This document shows positions 4,846-5,156 of a stretch of 5,156 nucleotides of DNA, piece after piece. The notes beneath the pieces were generated by a model. It was not told the origin of the DNA. It did no database searches and saw only the letters and a list, made by a program, of their open reading frames with translations. Source of the DNA: a virus. Taxonomy: Duplodnaviria; Heunggongvirae; Uroviricota; Caudoviricetes. The position numbers and the translations under genes are program-made. The stretch lies in IMG/VR virus record IMGVR_UViG_2693429634_000002, positions 1 through 5,156 of that record, one strand, 5' to 3'. Position 1 is the first letter of the stretch, and each line of letters opens with the position of its first letter.

Positions 4846-5156
4846 ATGGCATTTAAACACTATGATGTTGTCAGGGCGGCGTCGCCGTCAGACCTTGCGG
4901 AAAAGCTGACACACAAACTGAAAGAGGGCTGGCAGCCGTTTGGTAGTCCGGTGGCCATAACCCCTTATACCCTGATGCAGGCGATTGCAGCAGAAGGTGA
5001 TGTGGTGGTCAGTGGTGCAACTGAGCCGGATTGGTACTACGTCATCGTACTGGCCGGGCAGTCCAATGCTATGGCTTACGGTGAAGGGCTTCCGCTGCCG
5101 GATTCATACGATGCTCCGGATCCGCGCATTAAACAGCTGGCGCGCCGCAGTACAGT
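4846..5156 (+). CDS. Prophage sialate O-acetylesterase NanS-p-like protein (DUF1737 N-terminus plus start of SASA/SGNH domain); 5' portion only, runs off the window
   Basis: ATG 4846 preceded by GGGAGGA (4836-4842). Open to the window end, so absent from the complete-ORF track. Translation MAFKHYDVVRAASPSDLAEKL...DWYYVIVLAGQSNAMAYGEG shows the GQSN block-I motif of SASA-type esterases. Matches the gene found downstream of stx in Stx phages as I recall it. Confidence 0.7.
   Translation, partial: MAFKHYDVVRAASPSDLAEKLTHKLKEGWQPFGSPVAITPYTLMQAIAAEGDVVVSGATEPDWYYVIVLAGQSNAMAYGEGLPLPDSYDAPDPRIKQLARRST

Noticed and set aside
1-5156. CRISPR arrays, IS elements and terminal inverted repeats
   Set aside because: No regularly spaced direct repeats, no transposase-like ORF and no inverted-repeat termini were seen. 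The only repeats are the short hairpin motifs reported in the findings.

Overview
This window reads as the late-regulatory region of a lambdoid (Stx-phage-like) prophage of an enterobacterium, with every supported gene on the + strand. In order: an intrinsic terminator, a small hypothetical nin-region gene, a DUF968-like Cys/His-rich protein translationally coupled to the Holliday-junction resolvase RusA, a Q-type late antiterminator (no lambda-Q zinc finger) followed by a candidate PR' promoter and tR' terminator, a small putative HTH protein with its own terminator, a beta-class (DPPY...FxGSGST) DNA amino-methyltransferase, a tight tRNA cluster (Ile2-CAU, Arg-UCG, Arg-UCU, the ileZ-argN-argO arrangement of Stx phages), a structured non-coding spacer of about 490 bp, and the 5' end of a nanS-p-like sialate O-acetylesterase gene. 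No stxAB is present where Stx phages carry it (between the tRNAs and nanS-p), so this looks like a toxin-less version of that cargo site. Nothing here is clearly a novel system; the methyltransferase/HTH pair, the DUF968-RusA pair and the structured empty cargo interval are the parts most worth follow-up. All calls are from reading the sequence and remembered family features; no database search was run.
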